Shown here piece after piece: positions 23,959 to 32,000 of a stretch of DNA of 32,000 nt. The DNA is from Pseudomonas phage PSA28. The translations under genes were made by a program, and so were the position numbers. The stretch lies in the sequence record MZ089737.1; one strand, given 5' to 3'. The notes beneath the pieces were generated by a model. It was not told the origin of the DNA. It did no database searches and worked only from the letters and a program-made list of their open reading frames with translations. Positions within the stretch are counted from its first letter, which is position 1; each line of letters begins with the position of its first letter.

Positions 23959-24052
23959 GTGCAGAGCAACCCGCCATTGTATTTGACCACATCCTCCTTG
24001 TTCCTGCAAGCTCCTCGTGTTTAAATGTTTAGACTAAAGAGGAGCAACCCAC

Positions 24053-24658
24053 ATGGCCAAACCACCAAAGACCATAGACCTCGATTCACCGAAGAGCCAG
24101 CCCAATCCGGGCGCGAGCCTCGGTCTGGTAGGTAAGGAATCAATCCGTTTCAACCCGCTGGCCGTACAGTTCGATATCGAGGACCATGAGGTCGAGTTCG
24201 TAGATGCACTCTACGCCGACCCGTACAAGAATGCTACCGCTGCGTGGATGCTGCTCCACCCGGCGTGTGACTCCTATCTGTCCGCCAAGGTCAAAGCCTC
24301 GGAGATGCTCAAGAAGCCGAACGTACAGAAGTACGCCGAGTACGTGGCGACCGAGCGCACCAAGCCGACCATGGTATCACGTGAATTCGTCATGCTGCGA
24401 CTGCGTCACGTGGCCGAGCGTGCTATGGGTGCTGTGCCCGTGTTCGATAAAGAAGGCCAGCCGACAGGCGAGTATAAGTCTGACTTCGGCGCGGCCAACA
24501 AAGCACTCGAACTGCTGGGCAAACAGCTGGGCATGTTCAAAGAGCAGACAGAGCTTAAGATAAAAGGCGACCGCCCGACCCTGAACGTCCAGATTCTCGG
24601 ACTGCCGGACCCGGCGGAGTGCCCAACGGTCATTAACGACCACATCAAAAAGGAGTGA
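24053..24658 (+). CDS. terS: terminase small subunit
   Basis: VEFVDALYADPYKNATAAWMLLHPACDSYLSAKVKASEMLKKPNVQKYAEYV (Terminase_2-like), upstream of the lysis genes and terL. Confidence 0.8.
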   Translation: MAKPPKTIDLDSPKSQPNPGASLGLVGKESIRFNPLAVQFDIEDHEVEFVDALYADPYKNATAAWMLLHPACDSYLSAKVKASEMLKKPNVQKYAEYVATERTKPTMVSREFVMLRLRHVAERAMGAVPVFDKEGQPTGEYKSDFGAANKALELLGKQLGMFKEQTELKIKGDRPTLNVQILGLPDPAECPTVINDHIKKE

Positions 24659-24662
24659 GCAA

Positions 24663-25160
24663 ATGTTCTATGGTCTTATGCTTAAAGAGGACGCAGTCGT
24701 AGCCGCCCGAGCGGTGTGCGAGGTCATCGGCAGCCCAGCTACGCGTGAGAACGCTGTGGCCCTGCTCGTTGAAACCGCCGCCGCAGAGACCCTATTGGGC
24801 GAACTGCGCGACCCGACCATGTATGGTGCGGGTACGGGTCTGACACAGGTGGATAAGGGGACCTTCGACTGGCTGAAAGGCATGTACGCCAACACGCCGA
24901 CCGCCGAGGCCATCCAGAAGCGTTTCAACATCGATATCAGCCGCACCCAGTATCAGGAGCTTGAGACATCACCTGTGCTGGCCATGATATTCTGTCGCCT
25001 CCGCTACCTCCGCGCACAGGGCGCTATCCCCGACACGCTGGTGGGCCGGGCCGAGTACTGGAAGAAGTGGTACAACACCTCGGCGGGTAAAGGCACGGTG
25101 GCTGGCTATATCAAGAAGGTGCAAGACTGCGGAGTGGCCGCACTGCTAAGGACGGCATAA
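24663..25160 (+). CDS. lysozyme-like phage protein, endolysin candidate (165 aa)
   Basis: LLVETAAAETLLGELRDPTMYGAGTGLTQVDKGTFDWL...AMIFCRLRYLRAQGAIPDTLVGRAEYWKKWYNTSAGKGTVAGYI; immediately upstream of holin/spanin genes. Confidence 0.55.
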   Translation: MFYGLMLKEDAVVAARAVCEVIGSPATRENAVALLVETAAAETLLGELRDPTMYGAGTGLTQVDKGTFDWLKGMYANTPTAEAIQKRFNIDISRTQYQELETSPVLAMIFCRLRYLRAQGAIPDTLVGRAEYWKKWYNTSAGKGTVAGYIKKVQDCGVAALLRTA

Positions 25161-25501
25161 TGAAAAACGGACTCCTTGCCGCCGCTCTGTCGTGGCCGGA
25201 GATACTAATCTTCGTCACGTTTGCCTCCATCGGGGGCTGTTTGGGCTATTTGATGCGCACAGCAGGACGAAAAGAACCCGCAACAGCACCACGTGCCATA
25301 CTGGAGGGCCTGTCCGCTGGGTTCCTCGGCGTGGTCACGCTGCTGGCATGTCGGGCATCTGGGCTGGACTGGATTTGGTCCGGGGTCGTAGTGGGTGTCT
25401 TCTCGTGGCTCGGGGCTGAGGCCACCGTGTTCGCGGTCATCCGCTTTGTTAAGCGCAAACTGGGTATCGATTTGGACCCAAAATCAACCGGAGGTGAGTA
25501 A
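25160..25501 (+). CDS. holin-like membrane protein (113 aa)
   Basis: Three hydrophobic segments, charged C-terminus, located between endolysin candidate and spanin. Confidence 0.7.
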   Translation: MKNGLLAAALSWPEILIFVTFASIGGCLGYLMRTAGRKEPATAPRAILEGLSAGFLGVVTLLACRASGLDWIWSGVVVGVFSWLGAEATVFAVIRFVKRKLGIDLDPKSTGGE

Positions 25502-25971
25502 TGGTTCTGGACAAGGTCAAGGAGCTGGTCTTGTCAGGTCTAGGTATTCTGGCGGCCATATCGTGTGGGGCCGCCGTTATCCTGTACCTGCAGCTACAGT
25601 CCGCAAATGGCACTATCGTGGCACAGGGCGGGACCATCACTCGCCTGAACACCATCAACGAAAACAACCGGGAGGCACTGGCCAACCTCCGCTCGGACTT
25701 CAATGGCCTCAATGCTGCTGTCACCATGCTGATGTCGGACCGCATCGTCGCCGAGCAGAGGCAGCAGGTCATAGAAGACTATCTGCGCCGTCTGGAGAAG
25801 AACGATGCGATTCTTAAAGAGTATCTTGCTGGTAAGCTGCCTGCCTCTGTTGGTAAACTGTTCGTGGAACCCAAAGCCAACGGAAATACAGACGGTGGAG
25901 CGAAAGGTCCCGGAGTCACTGCTAACCCTGTTAAGGCCCCAACAGCCGCTGCAGATGGAAAGCAACGATGA
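25501..25971 (+). CDS. Rz-like inner membrane spanin (156 aa)
   Basis: N-terminal TM (LGILAAISCGAAVILYLQL) followed by a coiled-coil periplasmic domain. Confidence 0.75.
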   Translation: MVLDKVKELVLSGLGILAAISCGAAVILYLQLQSANGTIVAQGGTITRLNTINENNREALANLRSDFNGLNAAVTMLMSDRIVAEQRQQVIEDYLRRLEKNDAILKEYLAGKLPASVGKLFVEPKANGNTDGGAKGPGVTANPVKAPTAAADGKQR

Positions 25972-26113
25972 CCTCGTACGGTACACCATGTATCTGTACT
26001 GTCTGGTCTACGTGACCTATCCACAGCAAATCAACGTCATCAGGGTCAATCAGGGGTACGAGCCCCTGCCGCTACTGATGCCGAACACGACCTTTAAGTG
26101 CGAGGATAAATAA
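25805..26113 (+). CDS. Rz1-like outer membrane lipoprotein spanin (102 aa)
   Basis: Signal + lipobox MRFLKSILLVSCLPLLVNCS; overlaps the i-spanin in another frame, classic Rz/Rz1 layout. Confidence 0.78.
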   Translation: MRFLKSILLVSCLPLLVNCSWNPKPTEIQTVERKVPESLLTLLRPQQPLQMESNDDLVRYTMYLYCLVYVTYPQQINVIRVNQGYEPLPLLMPNTTFKCEDK

Positions 26114-26115
26114 GG

Positions 26116-27588
26116 ATGTACGCAGCAGAGCAACCCGTACTACCCGAGGTCAACCTATCCCTGCAGCCAAAGCAGGGATACGCGTATCTGAGCAAGGCTA
26201 CCGAGATTCTGTATGGCGGGGCCGCTGGTGGTGGTAAGTCACACCTCATGCGAGCGCTGGCCATCAGCTTCGCGATGAACTGCCCCGGTATCCAGATATA
26301 TATCTTCCGCCGCAACTACGGCGACCTCTACCTGAACCACATGGAGGGCGGGTCATCCTTCCCGGTCATGCTCAACCCTCTGGTAGAGAATAAGCTGTGC
26401 CGTATCCTGTCGGACAACAAGATTAGGTTCTGGAACGGGTCCACTATCCACCTGTGCCACCTGCAACACAAAAAGAACCTGATGAAGTATCAGGGTGCTG
26501 AGATGCACATCCTACTCATGGATGAGCTGACCCACTTCCTCGAAGCCGAATACACGTTCCTGCGCTCCCGTGTGCGTCTAGGTAAATGGGAGCCACCGGA
26601 GGAGTTCAAAGAGAAGCTACCGTTCATCCTCAACGGGTCGAACCCCGGCAGCGTCGGCCACAACTGGGTCAAGGCCACCTTTGTCGACTATCAGCCGCAC
26701 TACCACATCACCCGCACGCCAGAGGAAGACGGCGGTATGCTTCGCCAGTACATCCCGGCCAAGCTGCAGGACAACCAGATACTGATGCGAAACGACCCCG
26801 GATACGAGGCACGTCTGTCCGGTCTGGGCTCGCCTGAACTGGTCAAGGCCATGAAGACTGGCGACTGGAACATCGTAGCTGGTGGTGCGCTCGACGACGT
26901 ATGGACCGACAAGGTCATGGTCCCGAACTTCCGCGTGCCAGAGGGCTGGCGCTTGTACCGCACGTTCGACTGGGGCTCAACGCATCCATTCAGCTATGGA
27001 CTGTGGGCCGTGGCCAACGGCGAGGAGGTCAGGCTCCCGGACGGGTCCTACTTCGCCCCGGTCGCCGGGTCTCTTATCCGTGTCGCGGAGTGGTACGGCA
27101 CGGCCAAAATCGGCTCCAACAAGGGCCTCAAGTACGGGGCAAAACGCGTGGCCGAGGGCATCCTTTCGCGTGACCAAGACTTGTACGACAACGACTGGAT
27201 TGCTAAAATGCCGTACACGGGCGTCGCCGATGGACAGATATTCAACAAAAACGAAGGTGACGACGACCCGAGCATCGCGGACAAGATGGAGGAGGTCGGG
27301 GTCTACTGGGAGCGAGCGAACAAGTCTCCCGGCTCCCGTATCAACGGCCTCCAGCTGGTGCGCGACCGATTCGAGGCAGTGCAGAAAGGAGAGGATGAGC
27401 CCGGCATCTATGCCATGGAGCGATGCAACGCATTCCGCACCACTCTCCCGGTCCTGCCACGTGACCCGGTCAAGTTCGACGATGTGGACACCAAGGCAGA
27501 GGACCACGTATTCGATGACGTTCGTTATGCGGTCCTGAACGAAAAAGATACCTCCATGGCGGGTGTAGACGTCCGCTTCAAACGATAG
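26116..27588 (+). CDS. terL: terminase large subunit
   Basis: Walker A LYGGAAGGGKSHLMRALA, Walker B-like AEMHILLMDELTHF, nuclease-domain Asp motif YRTFDWGSTHPF. Confidence 0.92.
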   Translation: MYAAEQPVLPEVNLSLQPKQGYAYLSKATEILYGGAAGGGKSHLMRALAISFAMNCPGIQIYIFRRNYGDLYLNHMEGGSSFPVMLNPLVENKLCRILSDNKIRFWNGSTIHLCHLQHKKNLMKYQGAEMHILLMDELTHFLEAEYTFLRSRVRLGKWEPPEEFKEKLPFILNGSNPGSVGHNWVKATFVDYQPHYHITRTPEEDGGMLRQYIPAKLQDNQILMRNDPGYEARLSGLGSPELVKAMKTGDWNIVAGGALDDVWTDKVMVPNFRVPEGWRLYRTFDWGSTHPFSYGLWAVANGEEVRLPDGSYFAPVAGSLIRVAEWYGTAKIGSNKGLKYGAKRVAEGILSRDQDLYDNDWIAKMPYTGVADGQIFNKNEGDDDPSIADKMEEVGVYWERANKSPGSRINGLQLVRDRFEAVQKGEDEPGIYAMERCNAFRTTLPVLPRDPVKFDDVDTKAEDHVFDDVRYAVLNEKDTSMAGVDVRFKR

Positions 27589-27596
27589 GATAAGAT

Positions 27597-29117
27597 ATGG
27601 CATCCACTAATCCAGCTACGGTAGAGTACGAAAAGTCCGACCTCGTGCGCGTGAAGCCGCTATACCGATTCATCCGTGCTTGCCTGTGCGGTCCGCAGGA
27701 GGTCAAAAACGGCGGCGAGGTGTGGCTCCCACATCCGGACATCGAAACCAAGGGCACGAAGTATGGCGATGAGCGCTACACGGCCTATAAGCAACGCGCC
27801 CGGTTCTATAACATCACAGGCAACACCATTAAGGGTATGCTCGGGCAGGTGTTTAGCCGCGACCCGGTCATCAAGCTGCCTGATACCTACAATATTTTGC
27901 TCGAAGACGTGACGGGCACGGGTGTTGGCCTCGTCCAGCAAGCTAAAGAGGTGACTACTGATGTCATCGGCTTTGGTCGCCACGCCCTCCTGACCGACTA
28001 TAGCTCGGTCGAGGGGTCCGCTTCGGCGGCGGATGTGCAGTCCGGCGAGGTCCGCCCGTTCATTATGAACTTTAAGCCCGAGGACGTGCTCAACTGGCGT
28101 GAATCCCTCGTGGGTGACAAGCGCCGTCTGACTCTGCTGGTCCTGCGTGATGAGGTGGACCGTGGCGGGGATGACACATTCGATGAGTATAAGGAAAAGG
28201 GCTACCGCGAACTACGCCTAGTCGATGGCGTGTTTATGGCTCGCCGCTGGACCACCAAGGATGACACAGTCGTGGCGGGTGACTGGATAACCCCGACCAA
28301 GGCGTCCGGTGATAAGTTCGGCGAAATCCCTGCCGTGCTGGTAGGCTCCGATAACAACGACCCCGGCATCGATGACAGCCCTATGGCCGACATCGTCGAG
28401 CTCAATCAGGGCCACTACATCAACAGCGCCGACTACGAAGAGTCGGTGTTCCTGCTGGGCCAGCCGACACCAGTGGCTACCGGGCTGGATATGGCGTGGG
28501 CTAAGGAGATTATGGGGTCCAGACCTATTTACCTCGGCTCCCGCGAACTGGTCAAGCTGCCTAAGAACGCGGATATTAAGCTGTTGCAAATCACGGGCAA
28601 CCTCGAAGCCAAGGTGGCCATGGAGCACAAAGAGAGCCAGATGGTGGCACTGGGTGCTCGCATCGTCCAGAATCGCGATGTGCAGCGTACCGCCAAGGAG
28701 TACAGCGGCGACCGCGCTACCCAGACCTCCATCCTCGCCACCATCTCCCGCAACGTGAGCGAGGCATACCTGCAGTGCTTGCGCTGGGCGTGCGACTACA
28801 GCGGCGATAACTTCGAGGAAATCGAGTTCGAGCTCAACACTGACTTCGACCTCGCCAAGATGTCGCCTGAGGAAGTCACCGCAGTCATGGCGGCGTGGCA
28901 GGGCAAAGCCATCTCCTTCACTGAGATGCGATTCGCACTCAAGAAAGGTGGCGTGGCGTTCCAAGAGGACGAGGAAGCACGTGCCGAGAACGACAGCGAT
29001 GCGACCCTGCGCGACCTCGACCTCGACAAGGAAGAGGACACCAACAACCCGCCGAATAACGACGACCCGAACCGCGAGCGCGGCAATCAGGGCAGTGGTA
29101 GCGGAGAGGATGCATGA
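27597..29117 (+). CDS. portal protein (DUF4055-like)
   Basis: YRFIRACLCGPQEVKNGGEVWLP...YNITGNTIKGMLGQVFSRDPVI; position after terL. Confidence 0.8.
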   Translation: MASTNPATVEYEKSDLVRVKPLYRFIRACLCGPQEVKNGGEVWLPHPDIETKGTKYGDERYTAYKQRARFYNITGNTIKGMLGQVFSRDPVIKLPDTYNILLEDVTGTGVGLVQQAKEVTTDVIGFGRHALLTDYSSVEGSASAADVQSGEVRPFIMNFKPEDVLNWRESLVGDKRRLTLLVLRDEVDRGGDDTFDEYKEKGYRELRLVDGVFMARRWTTKDDTVVAGDWITPTKASGDKFGEIPAVLVGSDNNDPGIDDSPMADIVELNQGHYINSADYEESVFLLGQPTPVATGLDMAWAKEIMGSRPIYLGSRELVKLPKNADIKLLQITGNLEAKVAMEHKESQMVALGARIVQNRDVQRTAKEYSGDRATQTSILATISRNVSEAYLQCLRWACDYSGDNFEEIEFELNTDFDLAKMSPEEVTAVMAAWQGKAISFTEMRFALKKGGVAFQEDEEARAENDSDATLRDLDLDKEEDTNNPPNNDDPNRERGNQGSGSGEDA

Positions 29118-30181
29118 TAAACGACCCACTCCTCGATATCGTCACACGCCGACAGGTGCTCATTGAGCGCCTCAAGGCGCAGACCGGGAAGGACTTCCGC
29201 AACAGGGCGCTCAAACGATTCGACCGGGCTATCCGGTCGGTTCTTGAGTCTCTGGACGATGGCCTACTCAAGACCTCCACCTCGGTCCGTGAACTGGACG
29301 CCGCCATCGCCAAGCTTGAGCCAGCTATGCGGCAGGTCCTCACTGAATGGGCCGCCGAGTTCGAGCTGGTCAACAAAGACTTTGCGGGTGAGTCCGTATC
29401 TTTTGAACATACCACTTTGACTGCCGTGGCAGAACGTGCTACAATCTCTTCCGTATCAGCATCAGTGGCGTGGAAGCTGGCCAACGAGGTCCCCATCCAA
29501 GCCACTGGGCAGCTCCTTAAAAGCTTTGTTAAGCACTGGGAGGACTCGGAGGTCGAGGCCGTCCAGAACATCGTAAGGAAGGGATATTGGTCCGGGATGA
29601 CCAAATCCGAGCTTTTGACGGCCATCCGTGGCACTAAGAAGCAGGGATACCGGGACGGGGCATTGGGTCGGTTCGAACGCAACACGGATACTGTGATTCG
29701 AACAGCCACACAGCACGTGGCGAATACGTCAAGGATGGCTATGTGGGAGGCCAACGATGACATCGTCATCGGCTACCGCATCGTAGCGACGCTGGACGGG
29801 AGAACGTCCACGATATGCCGCAGTCTAGACGGTAAAGAATACAAGCTCGGGGAAGGGCCGTTGCCGCCGTTCCATCCGGGATGCCGAACCACTACCGTGC
29901 CAGTGTTGGCCCCACAGTACAGGTCCAACATGACAGCCGGGACCCGCTCGTCAAAGGACGGGTACGTCGCCGGGAGCACCACCTACTATGAATGGTTAAA
30001 AGGCGAGTCCTACCAGTTCAAGGTGTTGGCACTGGGGCCCACGAGAGCCAAGCTCTTCGAGAAGGGTGGTCTATCTGCCGCCGAGTTCGGCAGACTTAAT
30101 CTGGGGCGCAACTTCGAGCCGATGACGCTCGACGAGATGCGAGCAGTAAACCCCACAGCATTCAAGAGGGCGGGTCTGTGA
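29114..30181 (+). CDS. phage head morphogenesis / minor head protein (SPP1 gp7 / Mu gpF-like)
   Basis: NTDTVIRTATQHVANTSRMAMWEAN...IVATLDGRTSTICRSLDGKEY...PPFHPGCRTTTVPV. Confidence 0.85.
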   Translation: MINDPLLDIVTRRQVLIERLKAQTGKDFRNRALKRFDRAIRSVLESLDDGLLKTSTSVRELDAAIAKLEPAMRQVLTEWAAEFELVNKDFAGESVSFEHTTLTAVAERATISSVSASVAWKLANEVPIQATGQLLKSFVKHWEDSEVEAVQNIVRKGYWSGMTKSELLTAIRGTKKQGYRDGALGRFERNTDTVIRTATQHVANTSRMAMWEANDDIVIGYRIVATLDGRTSTICRSLDGKEYKLGEGPLPPFHPGCRTTTVPVLAPQYRSNMTAGTRSSKDGYVAGSTTYYEWLKGESYQFKVLALGPTRAKLFEKGGLSAAEFGRLNLGRNFEPMTLDEMRAVNPTAFKRAGL

Positions 30182-30257
30182 CCCGTCTATCGAGATAGGG
30201 CCCGTGGCCCGAAACGTCAAAACCCGCGCCCGTGGCGCACAACAGGAGCCGTGCTCT

Positions 30258-31049
30258 ATGAAAAATGCAACCCGTATTAAGCCACTCATGGTGTTCTTCC
30301 CGCTGCTGGCTGGTGTAGCGACCGCCAAGCTCAAGAAGACCATCACTAATCTGACCGAAGTGCCGGAAGCCTACCGCTCGTTGTACGAGCAGGACGGGTC
30401 CGAATACGTACTGACCGTCGAGATTGAGGGGCAGGTAGATGAAACCTCGCTGGAAACCATGCGCCGTGCGCGGGACCACGAGAAGAACGCTGCGAAGGAT
30501 CTGCGCCAGAAGATTTCCGACCTTGAGCTGCAGCTGTCGGACCTGCAGAACGACAAGCATCGCGGCAAGGGCGGCCCGGATGTGGAAGCACTCGAAGCGT
30601 CTTACAAAAAGCAGATTGCCGACCTCAAGGCCGAGCATGAAGCGGATGTCAAGAAGCTAAAGGGCAGCATCACAGGCTTGACAGTCGGACAGGCTTCTGC
30701 TAAGCTGGCAGCAGACCTTTTCACCGTACCATCTGCCATGGCGCACCACGTCACCGCTCGCCTCACCGCTGAGATTGGTGAAGATGGCAAAACCACCACA
30801 CGGGTGCTGGACAAGGACGGGAACGTGACCGGGATGACGCTGGAGGACCTCGAAAAAGAACTCCGCGCCGTCAAAGAATGGGCTCCGTTCCTCAAAGCTA
30901 AGGGTGGTTCCGGGATGGGTGGACATAAGAATCCGGGCGGTCAGACCGTTGTTTACACTCGTGACAACGCGAAGGACATGCCAGAGTCTGAACGTGCGCA
31001 ACTCCTGAAAGACGACCCTGAGCAGTTTAAACGACTTTTCGGCCAATAA
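30258..31049 (+). CDS. head scaffold-like protein (263 aa)
   Basis: AGGAG upstream of ATG 30258; coiled-coil rich (RRARDHEKNAAKDLRQKISDLELQLSDLQND), precedes the capsid gene. Confidence 0.65.
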   Translation: MKNATRIKPLMVFFPLLAGVATAKLKKTITNLTEVPEAYRSLYEQDGSEYVLTVEIEGQVDETSLETMRRARDHEKNAAKDLRQKISDLELQLSDLQNDKHRGKGGPDVEALEASYKKQIADLKAEHEADVKKLKGSITGLTVGQASAKLAADLFTVPSAMAHHVTARLTAEIGEDGKTTTRVLDKDGNVTGMTLEDLEKELRAVKEWAPFLKAKGGSGMGGHKNPGGQTVVYTRDNAKDMPESERAQLLKDDPEQFKRLFGQ

Positions 31050-31058
31050 GAGGGCATC

Positions 31059-32000
31059 ATGCATAAAACCAAGGGCGGCATCTTAATCCCTGACTACATC
31101 GCGCCAACGCTGGCAGGTGTCGCAGGTACTACACGTCTGACCGACGCATTCATCCCGGACCTGTTCGGGACCTATGCGACCGAAGACACGGCTGAGCTGA
31201 CCGCGTTTGCCGACTCCGGCATCCTGCGTACCTCGCCTCTCATCAACAACATGGTCCAGAATGGTGGCTCGACTATCACTCTGCCGTACTGGAATGACCT
31301 CGACGCGGACGAAGAGCCGAACTACTCGAACGATGACCCGGCGGACCTGTCCACTCCGGATAAAATCGATTCGGGCGAACAGACCGCACGTGTGGCGTTC
31401 CTGAACAACTCATGGGCGGCTGCCGACCTCGTGACCGAACTGGCTGGCTCTTCCCCTAACCAGCGTATCGCGGCACGTATCGACAACTACTGGGCTCGTC
31501 AGTGGCAGCGTCGCGCTATCGCGGTAGCGGTCGGCCTGTACAACGATAACGTGGCGGCTAACAACAGCGACATGGTTATCGATGCTACCCAGTACACCGA
31601 TGTGGGCGAGCAGATTTTCAACGTTAACAACTTCGTTGACGCTGCGTTTACCATGGGCGACCGCGTAGGCGGCCTGAACGTGGTGGTAATGCACTCTATG
31701 GTTGCTAAGCGTGTGACCAAGAACAACGAAGTCGAAGAGATTCGTGACTCCGAAGGCAACCTGCTGTACACCGCCTATAAGGGTGCGCGTATCATCCTCG
31801 ATGACGGCATGCCGACGTTCGGTTCTGGCCCGACCCGCAGCTACCTGTCGATCATGTTTGGTCCGGGGGCACTGACCTACGGCTACGGCACTCCGCGTGT
31901 ACCTGCTGAGACTGACCGTAAGCCTGACGGCGGCCACGGTGGCGGTATCGAGGTCCTGTACTCCCGTAAGACGTGGTTAATCCACCCGACCGGGTACAAG
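31059..32000 (+). CDS. major capsid protein (N-terminal part, runs off the window)
   Basis: AAGAGGG upstream of ATG 31059; MHKTKGGILIPDYIAPTLAGVAGTTRLTDAFIPDLFGTYATEDTAELTAFADSGIL...; position after scaffold. Not in the ORF track because it is open at the edge. Confidence 0.8.
   Translation, partial: MHKTKGGILIPDYIAPTLAGVAGTTRLTDAFIPDLFGTYATEDTAELTAFADSGILRTSPLINNMVQNGGSTITLPYWNDLDADEEPNYSNDDPADLSTPDKIDSGEQTARVAFLNNSWAAADLVTELAGSSPNQRIAARIDNYWARQWQRRAIAVAVGLYNDNVAANNSDMVIDATQYTDVGEQIFNVNNFVDAAFTMGDRVGGLNVVVMHSMVAKRVTKNNEVEEIRDSEGNLLYTAYKGARIILDDGMPTFGSGPTRSYLSIMFGPGALTYGYGTPRVPAETDRKPDGGHGGGIEVLYSRKTWLIHPTGYK

Noticed and set aside
23892-23976. Possible tRNA-like segment (GGTTAAGGGTTCGGGGTCC...CCGCCA)
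   Set aside because: No consistent acceptor/D/anticodon/T-arm set can be folded; the GGGTTCGGGG word is explained by the inverted repeat. No other tRNA was recognised.
23983-24035. Late promoter upstream of terS (TTGACC ... TAGACT)
   Set aside because: The hexamers do not have compatible spacing (17 nt after TTGACC is GCAAGC); late transcription signal remains undetermined.
28218-29129. 303-aa antisense ORF opposite the portal gene, and similar long minus-strand ORFs at 1270-2250, 28939-29769, 13827-14687, 15609-16442
   Set aside because: All lie opposite strongly supported + strand genes and look compositionally like frame shadows.
1-32000. Transposon, integrase or lysogeny module
   Set aside because: No transposase, recombinase, Cro/CI-like repressor or terminal inverted repeats of mobile elements were recognised in this window; absence elsewhere in the genome cannot be judged.

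Overview
The window is one strand-biased stretch (all supported genes on +) of a tailed dsDNA phage. It runs from the replication and early region (about 1-23.8 kb) into the lysis, packaging and head genes (about 24-32 kb). The most informative content is a complete-looking 2-aminoadenine ('Z-genome') biosynthesis module: family A DNA polymerase (DpoZ-like), PurZ-like adenylosuccinate synthetase with GSTGKG in place of the PurA GDEGKG motif, a DUF5664 + MazG-like two-domain protein (MazZ-like), and an HD-domain phosphohydrolase (DatZ-like). A PD-(D/E)XK nuclease and a hairpin terminator follow it. Other assignable genes are an SF2 and an SF1 helicase, a small protein with an SSB-type acidic tail, an MmcB-like nuclease, a C39/papain-like protein, a DUF2786-like protein, TerS, lysozyme-like protein, holin, Rz/Rz1-type spanins, TerL, portal, minor head protein, scaffold/head protein and the start of a major capsid protein. 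Non-coding structure is notable: (i) at least five near-identical sigma70 promoter + 5'-hairpin + GGAGATA(N)AGAGATG leader cassettes; (ii) a roughly 400-bp intergenic region rich in GGAACGG/CCGTTCC repeats, a candidate origin or operator; (iii) inverted repeats just upstream of terS, a candidate cos/pac region; (iv) two small overprinted ORFs inside the linkers of two-domain proteins. All family assignments were made by reading motifs, without database searches. Chemical presence of base Z is inferred, not observed.
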